Positions 56,837-64,000 of a DNA stretch of 64,000 nt are shown piece by piece. Position 1 is the first letter of the stretch. Each line of letters starts with the position of its first letter. The DNA comes from Synergistaceae bacterium UBA6101 (GTDB lineage Bacteria; Synergistota; Synergistia; Synergistales; Synergistaceae): assembly GCA_002428495.1 (NCBI GenBank), contig DIWR01000024.1:71631-135630 (forward strand). The letters are read 5' to 3'. Under the pieces are notes generated by a model. That model did no database searches, was not told where the DNA came from, and saw only the letters and a list, made by a program, of their open reading frames with translations. The position numbers were made by a program, and so were the translations under genes.

Positions 56837-57817
56837 ATGAACATCAAACCACCGTTTTGGCACCCTTCAGGATCAAGAGGCTTCATCCTTGACTGGGATG
56901 GTGTAATAGCAGACACGAAGCTTGATTTCTCCGGACTGAGGGAGCGTTATTACGGGGGACGCAGGGCTATGCTGCTTGAAGATGCATCGACACTTTCTCC
57001 TGAAGACCAGTCCTCACTTATTAAAGAGCTGTGCGACCTTGAAATGGAGGGCGCAGCGAAAGCAGAGCCTATCCCCGGAGCTTTTGAGCTTATCGGCTGG
57101 CTTAAAAACAGAAACATCCCATATACCATAGTATCCAGAAATTGCAGGGAATCCATTGAACTTGCTGCAAAGACGATCGGACTGGAACTTCCGGATAAGG
57201 TATGGAGCAGGAATGAACAGAAAAAGGTAAAACCGCATCCGCGTTCACTCGCAGAGGCTGCCCGCTCAATTGGGCTCGAACCGGCTGAGTGTGTACTTGT
57301 CGGAGATTTTCTATATGATCTTCAGGGAGCCAGGAGAGCCGGCATGAGGGCAGTCCTTGTTGAGAGGGATGAGCCGGAGTGGGGCGCCTGGTCAGATGTC
57401 GCTTACCTCAAAATGACTGATTTTGTTGCAGATCTGGATGATCCGAAGCCCATAACGCCGTGGGAATATCGCGAGATATTTGCCAAGCGGGGCGAAAAGT
57501 GGCTCCATGCGGCATTCGAACTTGCCTTTGAACTTCCCGAAACGACATCGCCGACCCTTGACTGCTGGCTTGTAAGGGTAGCAGCCCTTTGTGTGGGAAC
57601 TATCACCGTATCCAGTGACTATATACTTGGACCAATGGAATGGAAGAACAATCAGTCCTTTGAGCCCTACTTCATGGGACTTACCATTTCTTCCATCGCA
57701 AAAAAATACCTTACATCCCGTTATCCCATGATAACTGTGACTACAGAAGAAGAGGGCATCAAGGCACCTAAAAACTCACTTGACCTGACGAGGTTCATAG
57801 AAAGAAAGATCTTTTAA
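56837..57817 (+). CDS. HAD-superfamily hydrolase with an unassigned C-terminal domain
   Basis: HAD motif I (LDWDGVIADT), motif III/IV region (KPHP.., VGDFLYDLQGARRAG), and about 130 extra C-terminal residues. ATG 56837 after a TAAGGAG SD. Confidence 0.7.
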   Translation: MNIKPPFWHPSGSRGFILDWDGVIADTKLDFSGLRERYYGGRRAMLLEDASTLSPEDQSSLIKELCDLEMEGAAKAEPIPGAFELIGWLKNRNIPYTIVSRNCRESIELAAKTIGLELPDKVWSRNEQKKVKPHPRSLAEAARSIGLEPAECVLVGDFLYDLQGARRAGMRAVLVERDEPEWGAWSDVAYLKMTDFVADLDDPKPITPWEYREIFAKRGEKWLHAAFELAFELPETTSPTLDCWLVRVAALCVGTITVSSDYILGPMEWKNNQSFEPYFMGLTISSIAKKYLTSRYPMITVTTEEEGIKAPKNSLDLTRFIERKIF

Positions 57818-59137
57818 ATGGAAGAAGGAAGCCTTTTCGGCCCGGAAAAAGATCATAAAATGCCAATTTATGAAATTCCGCTGGCTGAACGTATGCGGCC
57901 GGACAACCTTGATGATTACGCAGGGCAGGAGCACATCCTTGGTCCGGGAAAACCTCTCCGCATAATGCTTGAAGGGGGCAAAGTGCCCAGCTGCATCCTC
58001 TACGGCCCTCCAGGCGTCGGAAAGACGACGCTTGTCCGTATTATGTCCAAAACCACAGGCAGGGAACTGCTTGAGATCAACGCAGTAAGCGCGAAGGTCG
58101 AAACTTTGCGCACCCTTGTTGATAAAGCTAAAGCATCAAAAAGGACGTCAGGCAGATCCGCAATAGCATTTGTAGACGAGATATATCACTTCAACACAAA
58201 ACAGCAGAACGTGCTGCTGCCCTCTGTTGAGACAGGCGACATAATACTCGTCGGAACGACTACAGAAAACCCCTGGTTCGAGATAAACAAGACGCTCCTT
58301 TCACGCATGGTCGTCTACACGCTTAAACCCCTTGATGAGGAAAACATCGTATTATTGCTTGAAAAGGCGCTCTCTGACAAAGTGCGCGGGCTCGGTATGC
58401 TGGAAGTGACTGCCGACAAGTCAGTCATAGGAAAGCTTGCCTTGCTTGCCGGAGGGGATGCCAGGCAGGCTCTGACAAGGCTCGAAGCAGCTGCATCCTC
58501 GGTAGCCCTCGGAGGTGGCCGTGAGGTAACGCTCAAGATCATCGCTGAAAGCACCGGAATGGCGACACAGAGGTACGACAGGGTCTCAGATGACCATTAC
58601 GCGGTAATATCAGCCCTTATAAAAAGCCTCAGGGGATCAGACCCCGATGCCGCGCTCTACTGGCTTGCAAGGATGCTTGCCGCCGGGGACGACCTGCGTT
58701 TCATCTGCAGGAGGCTCTGTATATTCGCATCCGAAGATGTCGGGCTTGCAGATCCGATGGCTCTTGTTGTGGCGCAGAACGCAGCAGCGGCAGTTGACAG
58801 GGTCGGCCTGCCGGAAGCGGATATCATACTGGGCGAGGCAGTCGTCTATCTCGCCTCCGCTCCCAAGAGCAACAGCTCATACCTTGGCATAAGGGCTGCA
58901 ATGAAAGCAGTCGAAGAGGGAGACCTCATGGAAGTCCCATATCATCTAAGAAATGACGGTGAAGGCTATCAATATCCCCATGATTCACCCGGCCACTGGG
59001 TCCCTCAGACATACCTGCCCGAACAGAGAAGGTTCTACTATCCGGGAAAACTTGGTGCAGAGGCGCGGATAAAAGAGAGGCTCAAACTTTTCTGGAAGAG
59101 GTTCGCTGACGATCCGGCCGATGAGCAAAGATCATAA
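57818..59137 (+). CDS. rarA: replication-associated recombination protein A (AAA+ ATPase)
   Basis: GPPGVGKTTL Walker A, VDEIYHFN and MgsA C-terminal domains. The start abuts the preceding stop. Confidence 0.9.
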   Translation: MEEGSLFGPEKDHKMPIYEIPLAERMRPDNLDDYAGQEHILGPGKPLRIMLEGGKVPSCILYGPPGVGKTTLVRIMSKTTGRELLEINAVSAKVETLRTLVDKAKASKRTSGRSAIAFVDEIYHFNTKQQNVLLPSVETGDIILVGTTTENPWFEINKTLLSRMVVYTLKPLDEENIVLLLEKALSDKVRGLGMLEVTADKSVIGKLALLAGGDARQALTRLEAAASSVALGGGREVTLKIIAESTGMATQRYDRVSDDHYAVISALIKSLRGSDPDAALYWLARMLAAGDDLRFICRRLCIFASEDVGLADPMALVVAQNAAAAVDRVGLPEADIILGEAVVYLASAPKSNSSYLGIRAAMKAVEEGDLMEVPYHLRNDGEGYQYPHDSPGHWVPQTYLPEQRRFYYPGKLGAEARIKERLKLFWKRFADDPADEQRS

Positions 59138-59152
59138 CAGAAATTAATTGGA

Positions 59153-59176
59153 ACAAAAAAGGCGGCCTAAGCCGCC
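59153..59176 (-). terminator. intrinsic terminator after the pduO-type gene
   Basis: GGCGGC-ctaa-GCCGCC with a T-run on the minus strand (A-run 59153-59160 on plus). Confidence 0.55.
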
Positions 59177-59191
59177 CGAAGTTTATTAATA

Positions 59192-59704
59192 TCAGTTTTT
59201 CTTTTCCCGTTCTTCCTCGTCGACCTTTAGGGAAATAACATAAATAACGTCTGAAAGCCTGTTTAAAAAGGCGTAGCTTTTTTCGGTTATCTGTTTTTCC
59301 CTGAAAAGCGGAGTTGCTGTTCTTTCCGCCCTTCTTGCTATCGTTCTTGCAAGGTGCAGTGCCGCACCGCAGGAAGAATCTCCGGGTCTGACGAATATCT
59401 GTGCCTCTTTTATCGATGCTGCCACCCTTAAAGAGACGTTCTCCAGTATCTGAGGGTCCGGTTCGGGAAAATCGCATTCTGCAAAGTATGCCATTGCGTT
59501 GAAAAGATAATCTTCCAGGAAGAAGATATCCTCAGCTGTCTTCGGAGAGATGCATGCTGCCCTCGCGAGACCAAGCGCTGCCTGGCATTCATCCAGGGTC
59601 CCGTAAAGCTCCACCCTTCTGTCATCCTTTGCCACCCTCGTGCCGTTTCCGAGTGAAGTGGTCCCTTTGTCTCCGCCTTTAGTGGTGATTTTTATATCTG
59701 CCAT
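59192..59704 (-). CDS. PduO-type ATP:cob(I)alamin adenosyltransferase
   Basis: The N-terminus TKGGDKGTTSLGNGTRVAKDD..VELYGTLDE is the PduO-type signature. Confidence 0.85.
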   Translation of the reverse strand: MADIKITTKGGDKGTTSLGNGTRVAKDDRRVELYGTLDECQAALGLARAACISPKTAEDIFFLEDYLFNAMAYFAECDFPEPDPQILENVSLRVAASIKEAQIFVRPGDSSCGAALHLARTIARRAERTATPLFREKQITEKSYAFLNRLSDVIYVISLKVDEEEREKKN

Positions 59705-59724
59705 TTTATTCTCCTTCAGGCCCT

Positions 59725-60216
59725 TCAGTCTTTGTGGCGGATTCCCTGTTCCTCATCGCCGCATCCGCTGGCGCAGGAAGAACAGTCAGAGCAGCCGCAG
59801 CCTCCCTCATGCTGTGATTTGAAAGCGACGCGAAGTGTAGCATCCATGAAGAATTCTTCGGGGAGGACCATCCTCTCATTTCCGTCAAAATCCTTCAGCG
59901 TCCGGCATGGAAATCCTCCCCCGTCAGGCACCCTGCAGGAATCACAGTTGGCAAATCCGACTTCGGCCATAATGAGCTCCTCGATAGGAGTCTCTTCCAC
60001 TTCGATCTCCGGTGACTGGATAGTCACCATGTTGCCGGCCATCAGGGTCTCCTGTGTGATCTCGTCAAGGATCACCTTCCTGAGTTTCAGCTTTATGTTC
60101 ATAGGTTCAAGCTTGGGAGCCATCCTTTCGCCGAAATCGACGAGGTTGTCCCATGTCTCTTTCCACGGTTCGGGCTCGATATCTCTGACTGTATAGTGCG
60201 AAAGAATAATATTTTT
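59725..60216 (-). CDS. Cys-rich hypothetical protein
   Basis: 163 aa from ATG 60216 (AGGGGGA SD), with CDSC, PC and a C-terminal GGCGCSDCSSCASGCG cluster. It is 20 nt upstream of the adenosyltransferase gene. Confidence 0.5.
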   Translation of the reverse strand, partial: KNIILSHYTVRDIEPEPWKETWDNLVDFGERMAPKLEPMNIKLKLRKVILDEITQETLMAGNMVTIQSPEIEVEETPIEELIMAEVGFANCDSCRVPDGGGFPCRTLKDFDGNERMVLPEEFFMDATLRVAFKSQHEGGCGCSDCSSCASGCGDEEQGIRHKD

Positions 60217-60333
60217 CATCTTTTGTCCCCCTGATCGCCTCGTCTTTGTCACGCGTATATCTTACAACATTTTAACAGGTAAAGGCATTGCGGTTAACCA
60301 ATAATTCCGCTAGAATATCCGGGTCAGCATATT

Positions 60334-60419
60334 GCCGGGATGGCGGAATGGCAGACGCAGAGGACTCAAAATCCTCCGAGGTAACACTCGTGGGGGTTCG
60401 ACCCCCCCTCCCGGCACCA
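60334..60419 (+). tRNA. tRNA-Leu (anticodon CAA)
   Basis: 86 nt with GCCGGGA acceptor, anticodon loop CTCAAAA, long variable arm, GGTTCGACCCC T-arm and encoded CCA. Confidence 0.93.
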
Positions 60420-60432
60420 GATATAAATGCGT

Positions 60433-61024
60433 CTAAGCAATCGCTGAGCAGTAGCTGAGCAATAGTTAAGCGGTCGTAAAGGCGGGCGGAGTCAGCTTCC
60501 ACGGAAGTCGATCGTGGTTGCAAATCTATTGCGAATCGGTTGGATAGAACCTAAGAATATTGCCACTATTTTTCCCCAAACAAAAGAACAGGATCCGAAA
60601 GCCGAAGCTTTAGCGGATCCTGTCGACGAGATCGGTTACGGAAAACCGCAACTGTCTCAATGCTACATATTATACCGACTCTGTCTTTTTTTATCAAGTG
60701 GGCAATTGCGATTTTGATGACTATTAAGGGGCTGTGGCTTTTCAAGCTACGGGGAATTTACGAGAAAAACACTCGTGGGGAATTTGCTGAATGGACTATT
60801 CAACGGTGAATTAGGTCATAAAGCTTGAATTTTTTGCCTGTTGGTAATACCGGCAGATTCCTGCGTCGTCATCACTAGCTCTAAATCCCAATTGTGCACT
60901 CTCCTTCGTCCCCGAGTGCTTAAATCGGGGATCCGAGCGGCTTCTGTCTTAGAGGCTATAAATACAGTAATAATCTAAAACCACAAACAATGGATCCCGG
61001 CTCGAACGCATATTGGGATGACGG
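60433..61024 (+). repeat. composite intergenic repeat, expanded copy C
   Basis: About 12 degenerate 11-nt units (TAAGCAATCGC TGAGCAGTAGC TGAGCAATAGT ... TTGCGAATCGG TTGGATAGAACC), then an inserted segment with a 10-bp stem at 60588-60623, GGCTTTTCAAGCT, hairpin TCCCCGA-gtgcttaaa-TCGGGGA (60909-60931), and the block ..GCTATAAATACAGTAATAATCTAAAACC..GGATCCCGGCTCGAACGCATATTGGGATGACGG. Confidence 0.6.
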
Positions 61025-61213
61025 AGAAAGCCCAGGGCTCATAGGTTTTAACCATCGCTTGCCAGTACATTTCCTGCCCCCACAACCTCTTTCCGCCGGA
61101 GGCTCTTATCGGAGATGGAATCGCCACTTCGCGCGGCATTTTTACGACGCACTTCCTCCATAGGTTTATAATGTATCTGTATGGGGGTGACGGGGATTTT
61201 TGAGGAACTGAGG

Positions 61214-62035
61214 ATGGATATTGATGCGGGAGATAAGCTTGATGTTCTGGAGAAGTTCCAGAACCTTATTCTGTTGGGGCTTTCTGTCCATACAGATTTT
61301 TTCAAGCATGCCGCAATGTTCGGAGGGACAGCGCTTCGGATATTCCATAATTTGCCAAGATTTTCCGAAGACCTTGATTTCACTCTGGTATCACACGGTG
61401 CTGATTTTTCCCTTGCTTCCTACAGGGAACCGATGTCCCGTTTTTTTGCGGATATGGGTCTTGATGATGTGAAGATAAACATAAAGGAAGAGGGAGAAAA
61501 TGTTTTAAGAGGAAGCTTTGTTCTTTCAATTAAGAGATCTGAAAGCCTGAGAGTAATAATAGACGTCGAGAAGCCATCGACCGATGTCATGCCCCGAACT
61601 GAAACCCTGTACGGCTCCTATCCCTATAATTACTCTGCACGTTTATGCACCCTGTCCTCGTCCTTCGCGGGAAAAATGGACGCGATAATACATCGCAAGT
61701 GGGGAAACAAGCGAGTCAAGGGCCGCGACTGGTACGATCTCCTCTGGTACATGAGGAAGGATACGGAACTCGATATATATTGGCTAGAGGCGCGCCTGAA
61801 GGAGAAGGGTACCCTTGATCCTGACAAGAAACTGACGCCCGAACTTCTGGGAGAGATGTATGAAAAGAGGGCTGCGTTGGTCAATGTCAGCGAGATACTG
61901 CGCGATGTGCAGGTCTTCATGACGGAAGCGCTTGAAAAGAAGAGCTCGCTTTCGTGGACTCCCGAACTCTTTCTCCTCCAAAAAGACAAACTTGTCGACT
62001 CTGCGAGAAGGTACGTCCTTTCACACAGATCCTGA
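61214..62035 (+). CDS. AbiEii/AbiGii-family nucleotidyltransferase toxin (DUF1814)
   Basis: FGGTALRIFHNLPRFSEDLDF signature and the later GKMDAIIHR..GRDWYDL motif. Start at ATG 61214 after GAGGAACTGAGG. TATAAT at 61167-61172. Confidence 0.8.
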   Translation: MDIDAGDKLDVLEKFQNLILLGLSVHTDFFKHAAMFGGTALRIFHNLPRFSEDLDFTLVSHGADFSLASYREPMSRFFADMGLDDVKINIKEEGENVLRGSFVLSIKRSESLRVIIDVEKPSTDVMPRTETLYGSYPYNYSARLCTLSSSFAGKMDAIIHRKWGNKRVKGRDWYDLLWYMRKDTELDIYWLEARLKEKGTLDPDKKLTPELLGEMYEKRAALVNVSEILRDVQVFMTEALEKKSSLSWTPELFLLQKDKLVDSARRYVLSHRS

Positions 62036-62160
62036 CCAAGGCCTTGATTTTTGATCCATGGAAAATACTGCGCTTGAATATATGTTTTATGTATAGTAAA
62101 CTCTAATAACTAGATGTTATTATGCATAAATTAGAATATATATAGGCGAGGTGATGTAGC

Positions 62161-62808
62161 ATGACCGATATTGAGCTGCTCAAGGGACTGGATACAGAGA
62201 TCCCCGGCTGGGTACTGCAGAGCAGGCTGAGCGAGAGGGGCTACACAAATATATGGCAGAAGATAGAGGGGCTTGTCGCAGACGGCTGCATCGAAAGGAT
62301 AATGCGGGGCTGGTACTGCCTTGGTCCCCTTCTGCGAAAGAGGGAGCCCTCCCTTAAGCACCTTGCATGCAATGTTTACGGTCCCGCCGCAGTCTCGGGA
62401 AACCTCGTCCTCTTTGAAGCGGGACTGATACCAGATGCCGTTGCTTGTGTCACAGCGGTCACGCCAAAGAGAAGCCGAAACCTGAAGACACCCTACGGGA
62501 ATATCCAATGGCTTACAGTTCCCAGGTCGTCGGTATTCCCCGGCACATACGCCGTAAAAGACCCCCCGGGATACATAAGGGCTACAACCGAAAAGGCACT
62601 GCTGGACCAGCTCTACATCATCAGGTACACTCCGCAGAGCTATCGTCTCTGGAAGGATTTCATCCTTGAAGACCTCAGGATCGACGACGAGGCTTTAGAA
62701 AAGCTGGACTTCACAAGCATTCAGGAGTTGGGCAGGATATATAAGTCGCCAAAGATCATAAGGCACGTAAACTGGTTTCTGAAGTATTTCGGAATTCTTA
62801 ATAAATAA
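62161..62808 (+). CDS. AbiEi-like antitoxin/transcriptional regulator (wHTH)
   Basis: 215 aa. The N-terminal wHTH-like segment ending GCIERIMRGWYCLG resembles the AbiEi G.L.R..RG.Y motif. GAGGTGA SD. Family call is moderate. Confidence 0.55.
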   Translation: MTDIELLKGLDTEIPGWVLQSRLSERGYTNIWQKIEGLVADGCIERIMRGWYCLGPLLRKREPSLKHLACNVYGPAAVSGNLVLFEAGLIPDAVACVTAVTPKRSRNLKTPYGNIQWLTVPRSSVFPGTYAVKDPPGYIRATTEKALLDQLYIIRYTPQSYRLWKDFILEDLRIDDEALEKLDFTSIQELGRIYKSPKIIRHVNWFLKYFGILNK

Positions 62809-62844
62809 CCGTTTGCCGAGTGCTTGTCTGCCTTCGCAACCTCT

Positions 62845-63216
62845 GGCCAATAAGCTGTTGCAAAGCAGTCGTAGGGCCGCCAAACAGCAGTCAAACGTCG
62901 TGTCAAACAATGGCCAAACGATAGTTACGACCTGAGAATCGCCCTCCTGCCGTCGTTCCCGTATGCACCTGATTAGGAAGGAGCTGTTCCTCGAATGAGG
63001 GACATTTCAAATCACCATAGCGACTGAACTCTATTTCGAGTGCGTTTCGAGATCGGGAATCCAGGTCTGACCTTGCTTCAAGCTTCTTATAGTTGTCCCC
63101 GAATGCATAAATCGGGGATCCAGCGTCTTCTGTTTAAGGTCTTGTAAACACAGTAAAAAACTAAAACCAGAGCCACTGGACCCCGATCTCAAAACGCATT
63201 CGAAATGGTTCGAGCA
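62845..63216 (+). repeat. composite intergenic repeat, copy D1
   Basis: Degenerate 11-13-nt units (CCAAACAGCAG TCAAACGTCGTG TCAAACAATGG CCAAACGATAG), a degenerate hairpin copy at 63034-63062, TGCTTCAAGCTT, hairpin TCCCCGA-atgcataaa-TCGGGGA (63096-63118), and the block CTTGTAAACACAGTAAAAAACTAAAACC..GGACCCCGATCTC..GCATTCGAAATGG. Confidence 0.5.
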
Positions 63217-63294
63217 CTAAGGAAAATTAAAAAAGTTTTCCTGAAGGAAAACAGCACTCTCCCGATACAGGCGCTCGAGTGAGACGGTGGGGGT

Positions 63295-63372
63295 CAAGTT
63301 CTTAGATCCTAACCAACTGATTACCAACCGATTTGCTATTGACTCCCAATCCCGGCGGATGCTCTCTCCGCC
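63295..63372 (-). repeat. composite intergenic repeat, inverted array-only copy D2
   Basis: The reverse complement reads GGCGGA-gagagca-TCCGCC hairpin, then GGGATTGGGAGTCAA TAGCAAATCGG TTGGTAATCAG TTGGTTAGGATC TAAGAAC. It starts 6 nt after the aldolase stop codon. Confidence 0.5.
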
Positions 63373-63377
63373 TTCCC

Positions 63378-64000
63378 TTACCCCTTCGCCTCTTCTATCA
63401 TCTTCTTCATGGAGTTGATGAAAGTATCCACATCGGAAGATAAACATACCGCGGTTGCCCCCATATCGAAGAACTTTTTGCAGTCAGCGGGATCAAACGT
63501 GAATGCGAACAAGAACTTCCCGGCGTCCTTACATGCCTTGTATATTCGGCTCATCGCCGCCCGGAATTCCGGTGTATCAAATTTACCCGGAGCGCCAAGG
63601 CCGACTGACAGGTCATATGGGCCGATGAAGATCCCGTCGACTCCGTCGATCCCGACCACTTCTTCGATCACCTCAAGACATTCCTTTGTTTCACACTGCG
63701 GAATAATGAGAGTCTCCCTATTGCATATATCAAAGAATCCCTGCAGATCCCCTTTATCCACCCAATCCGCATAGCCGTAACCGCACTGTCCGGCAAACGC
63801 CACACCACGTTCTCCGACCGGGAAGTATTTCCCGTACCGGACAAGCTGCCTGACTTCCTCTACGGACCGGACATCCGGAATGATCAGAGCCTGTGCGCCG
63901 ACATCCAGCATTTTTAATACCGACGGGCGCGAGCAGTCTTTGATCCTTGCGCAGCAGGTCACCTCACCCTTCTGTGCCGCACGGATCATCGACTGTACAG
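63378..64000 (-). CDS. HpcH/HpaI-family aldolase, C-terminal part (5' end outside window)
   Basis: IIPDVRS.EE, PQCETKE and GIFIGPYDLS motifs of the HpcH/HpaI (citE-like) TIM-barrel aldolases. The frame stays open to the window edge. Confidence 0.8.
   Translation of the reverse strand, partial: VQSMIRAAQKGEVTCCARIKDCSRPSVLKMLDVGAQALIIPDVRSVEEVRQLVRYGKYFPVGERGVAFAGQCGYGYADWVDKGDLQGFFDICNRETLIIPQCETKECLEVIEEVVGIDGVDGIFIGPYDLSVGLGAPGKFDTPEFRAAMSRIYKACKDAGKFLFAFTFDPADCKKFFDMGATAVCLSSDVDTFINSMKKMIEEAKG

Noticed and set aside
61048-61383. 111-aa minus-strand ORF
   Set aside because: It is antisense across the abiEii start and the repeat tail, with no SD and no recognisable family.
49894-63118. Recurring hairpin (T[TC]CCCGA-N9-TCGGG[AG]A) as a CRISPR repeat
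   Set aside because: The copies are kilobases apart rather than regularly spaced by 30-40-nt spacers. Flanks are also conserved, and there are no cas genes in the window.

Overview
This is a 64-kb chromosomal window of roughly 50% GC from a diderm anaerobe. Diderm markers are an RND/TolC efflux pump, TonB-ExbBD, KdsB and an LpxB-like gene. The gene content is reminiscent of Synergistota, but that taxon guess is low confidence. I support about 60 protein genes, 4 tRNAs (Thr-GGU, Tyr-GUA, Ser-UGA, Leu-CAA) and 2 cobalamin riboswitches. I recognise no rRNA, CRISPR array, transposase, integrase or phage structural gene.

Content from left to right:
- ilvD 3' end.
- A toxin-antitoxin cluster next to tRNA-Thr/Tyr: mazEF, a small membrane protein, and higB with a HigA::ImmA fusion.
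- A riboswitch-controlled corrinoid uptake locus: btuF-like ABC transporter, exbB-exbD-tonB, a cbiR-like gene, a second riboswitch, and a TonB-dependent receptor.
- Crp/ferredoxin genes, gpmA, an RND efflux operon, remB-like plus gyrB, and envelope/housekeeping genes (rsmB, a PASTA protein, rpe, rodZ).
- copZ-copA, tRNA-Ser, and kdsB with an Fe-ADH and a DegT aminotransferase (a Kdo8N-like trio).
- A redox/metal block: a UGA-containing ArsC-family gene, CoA-disulfide reductase-rhodanese, a Zn/Cd-type P-ATPase, MOSC and iscR-nifS-nifU.
- Glycogen genes, including a GH57::phosphorylase fusion.
- HAD-rarA, a pduO-type adenosyltransferase, tRNA-Leu, a small AbiE segment, and an HpcH aldolase fragment.

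The feature I cannot explain with known families is a composite noncoding repeat. It combines degenerate 11-nt tandem arrays with a conserved hairpin block. It occurs 5-6 times in the long ORF-free gaps of this window and brackets the AbiE segment next to tRNA-Leu.
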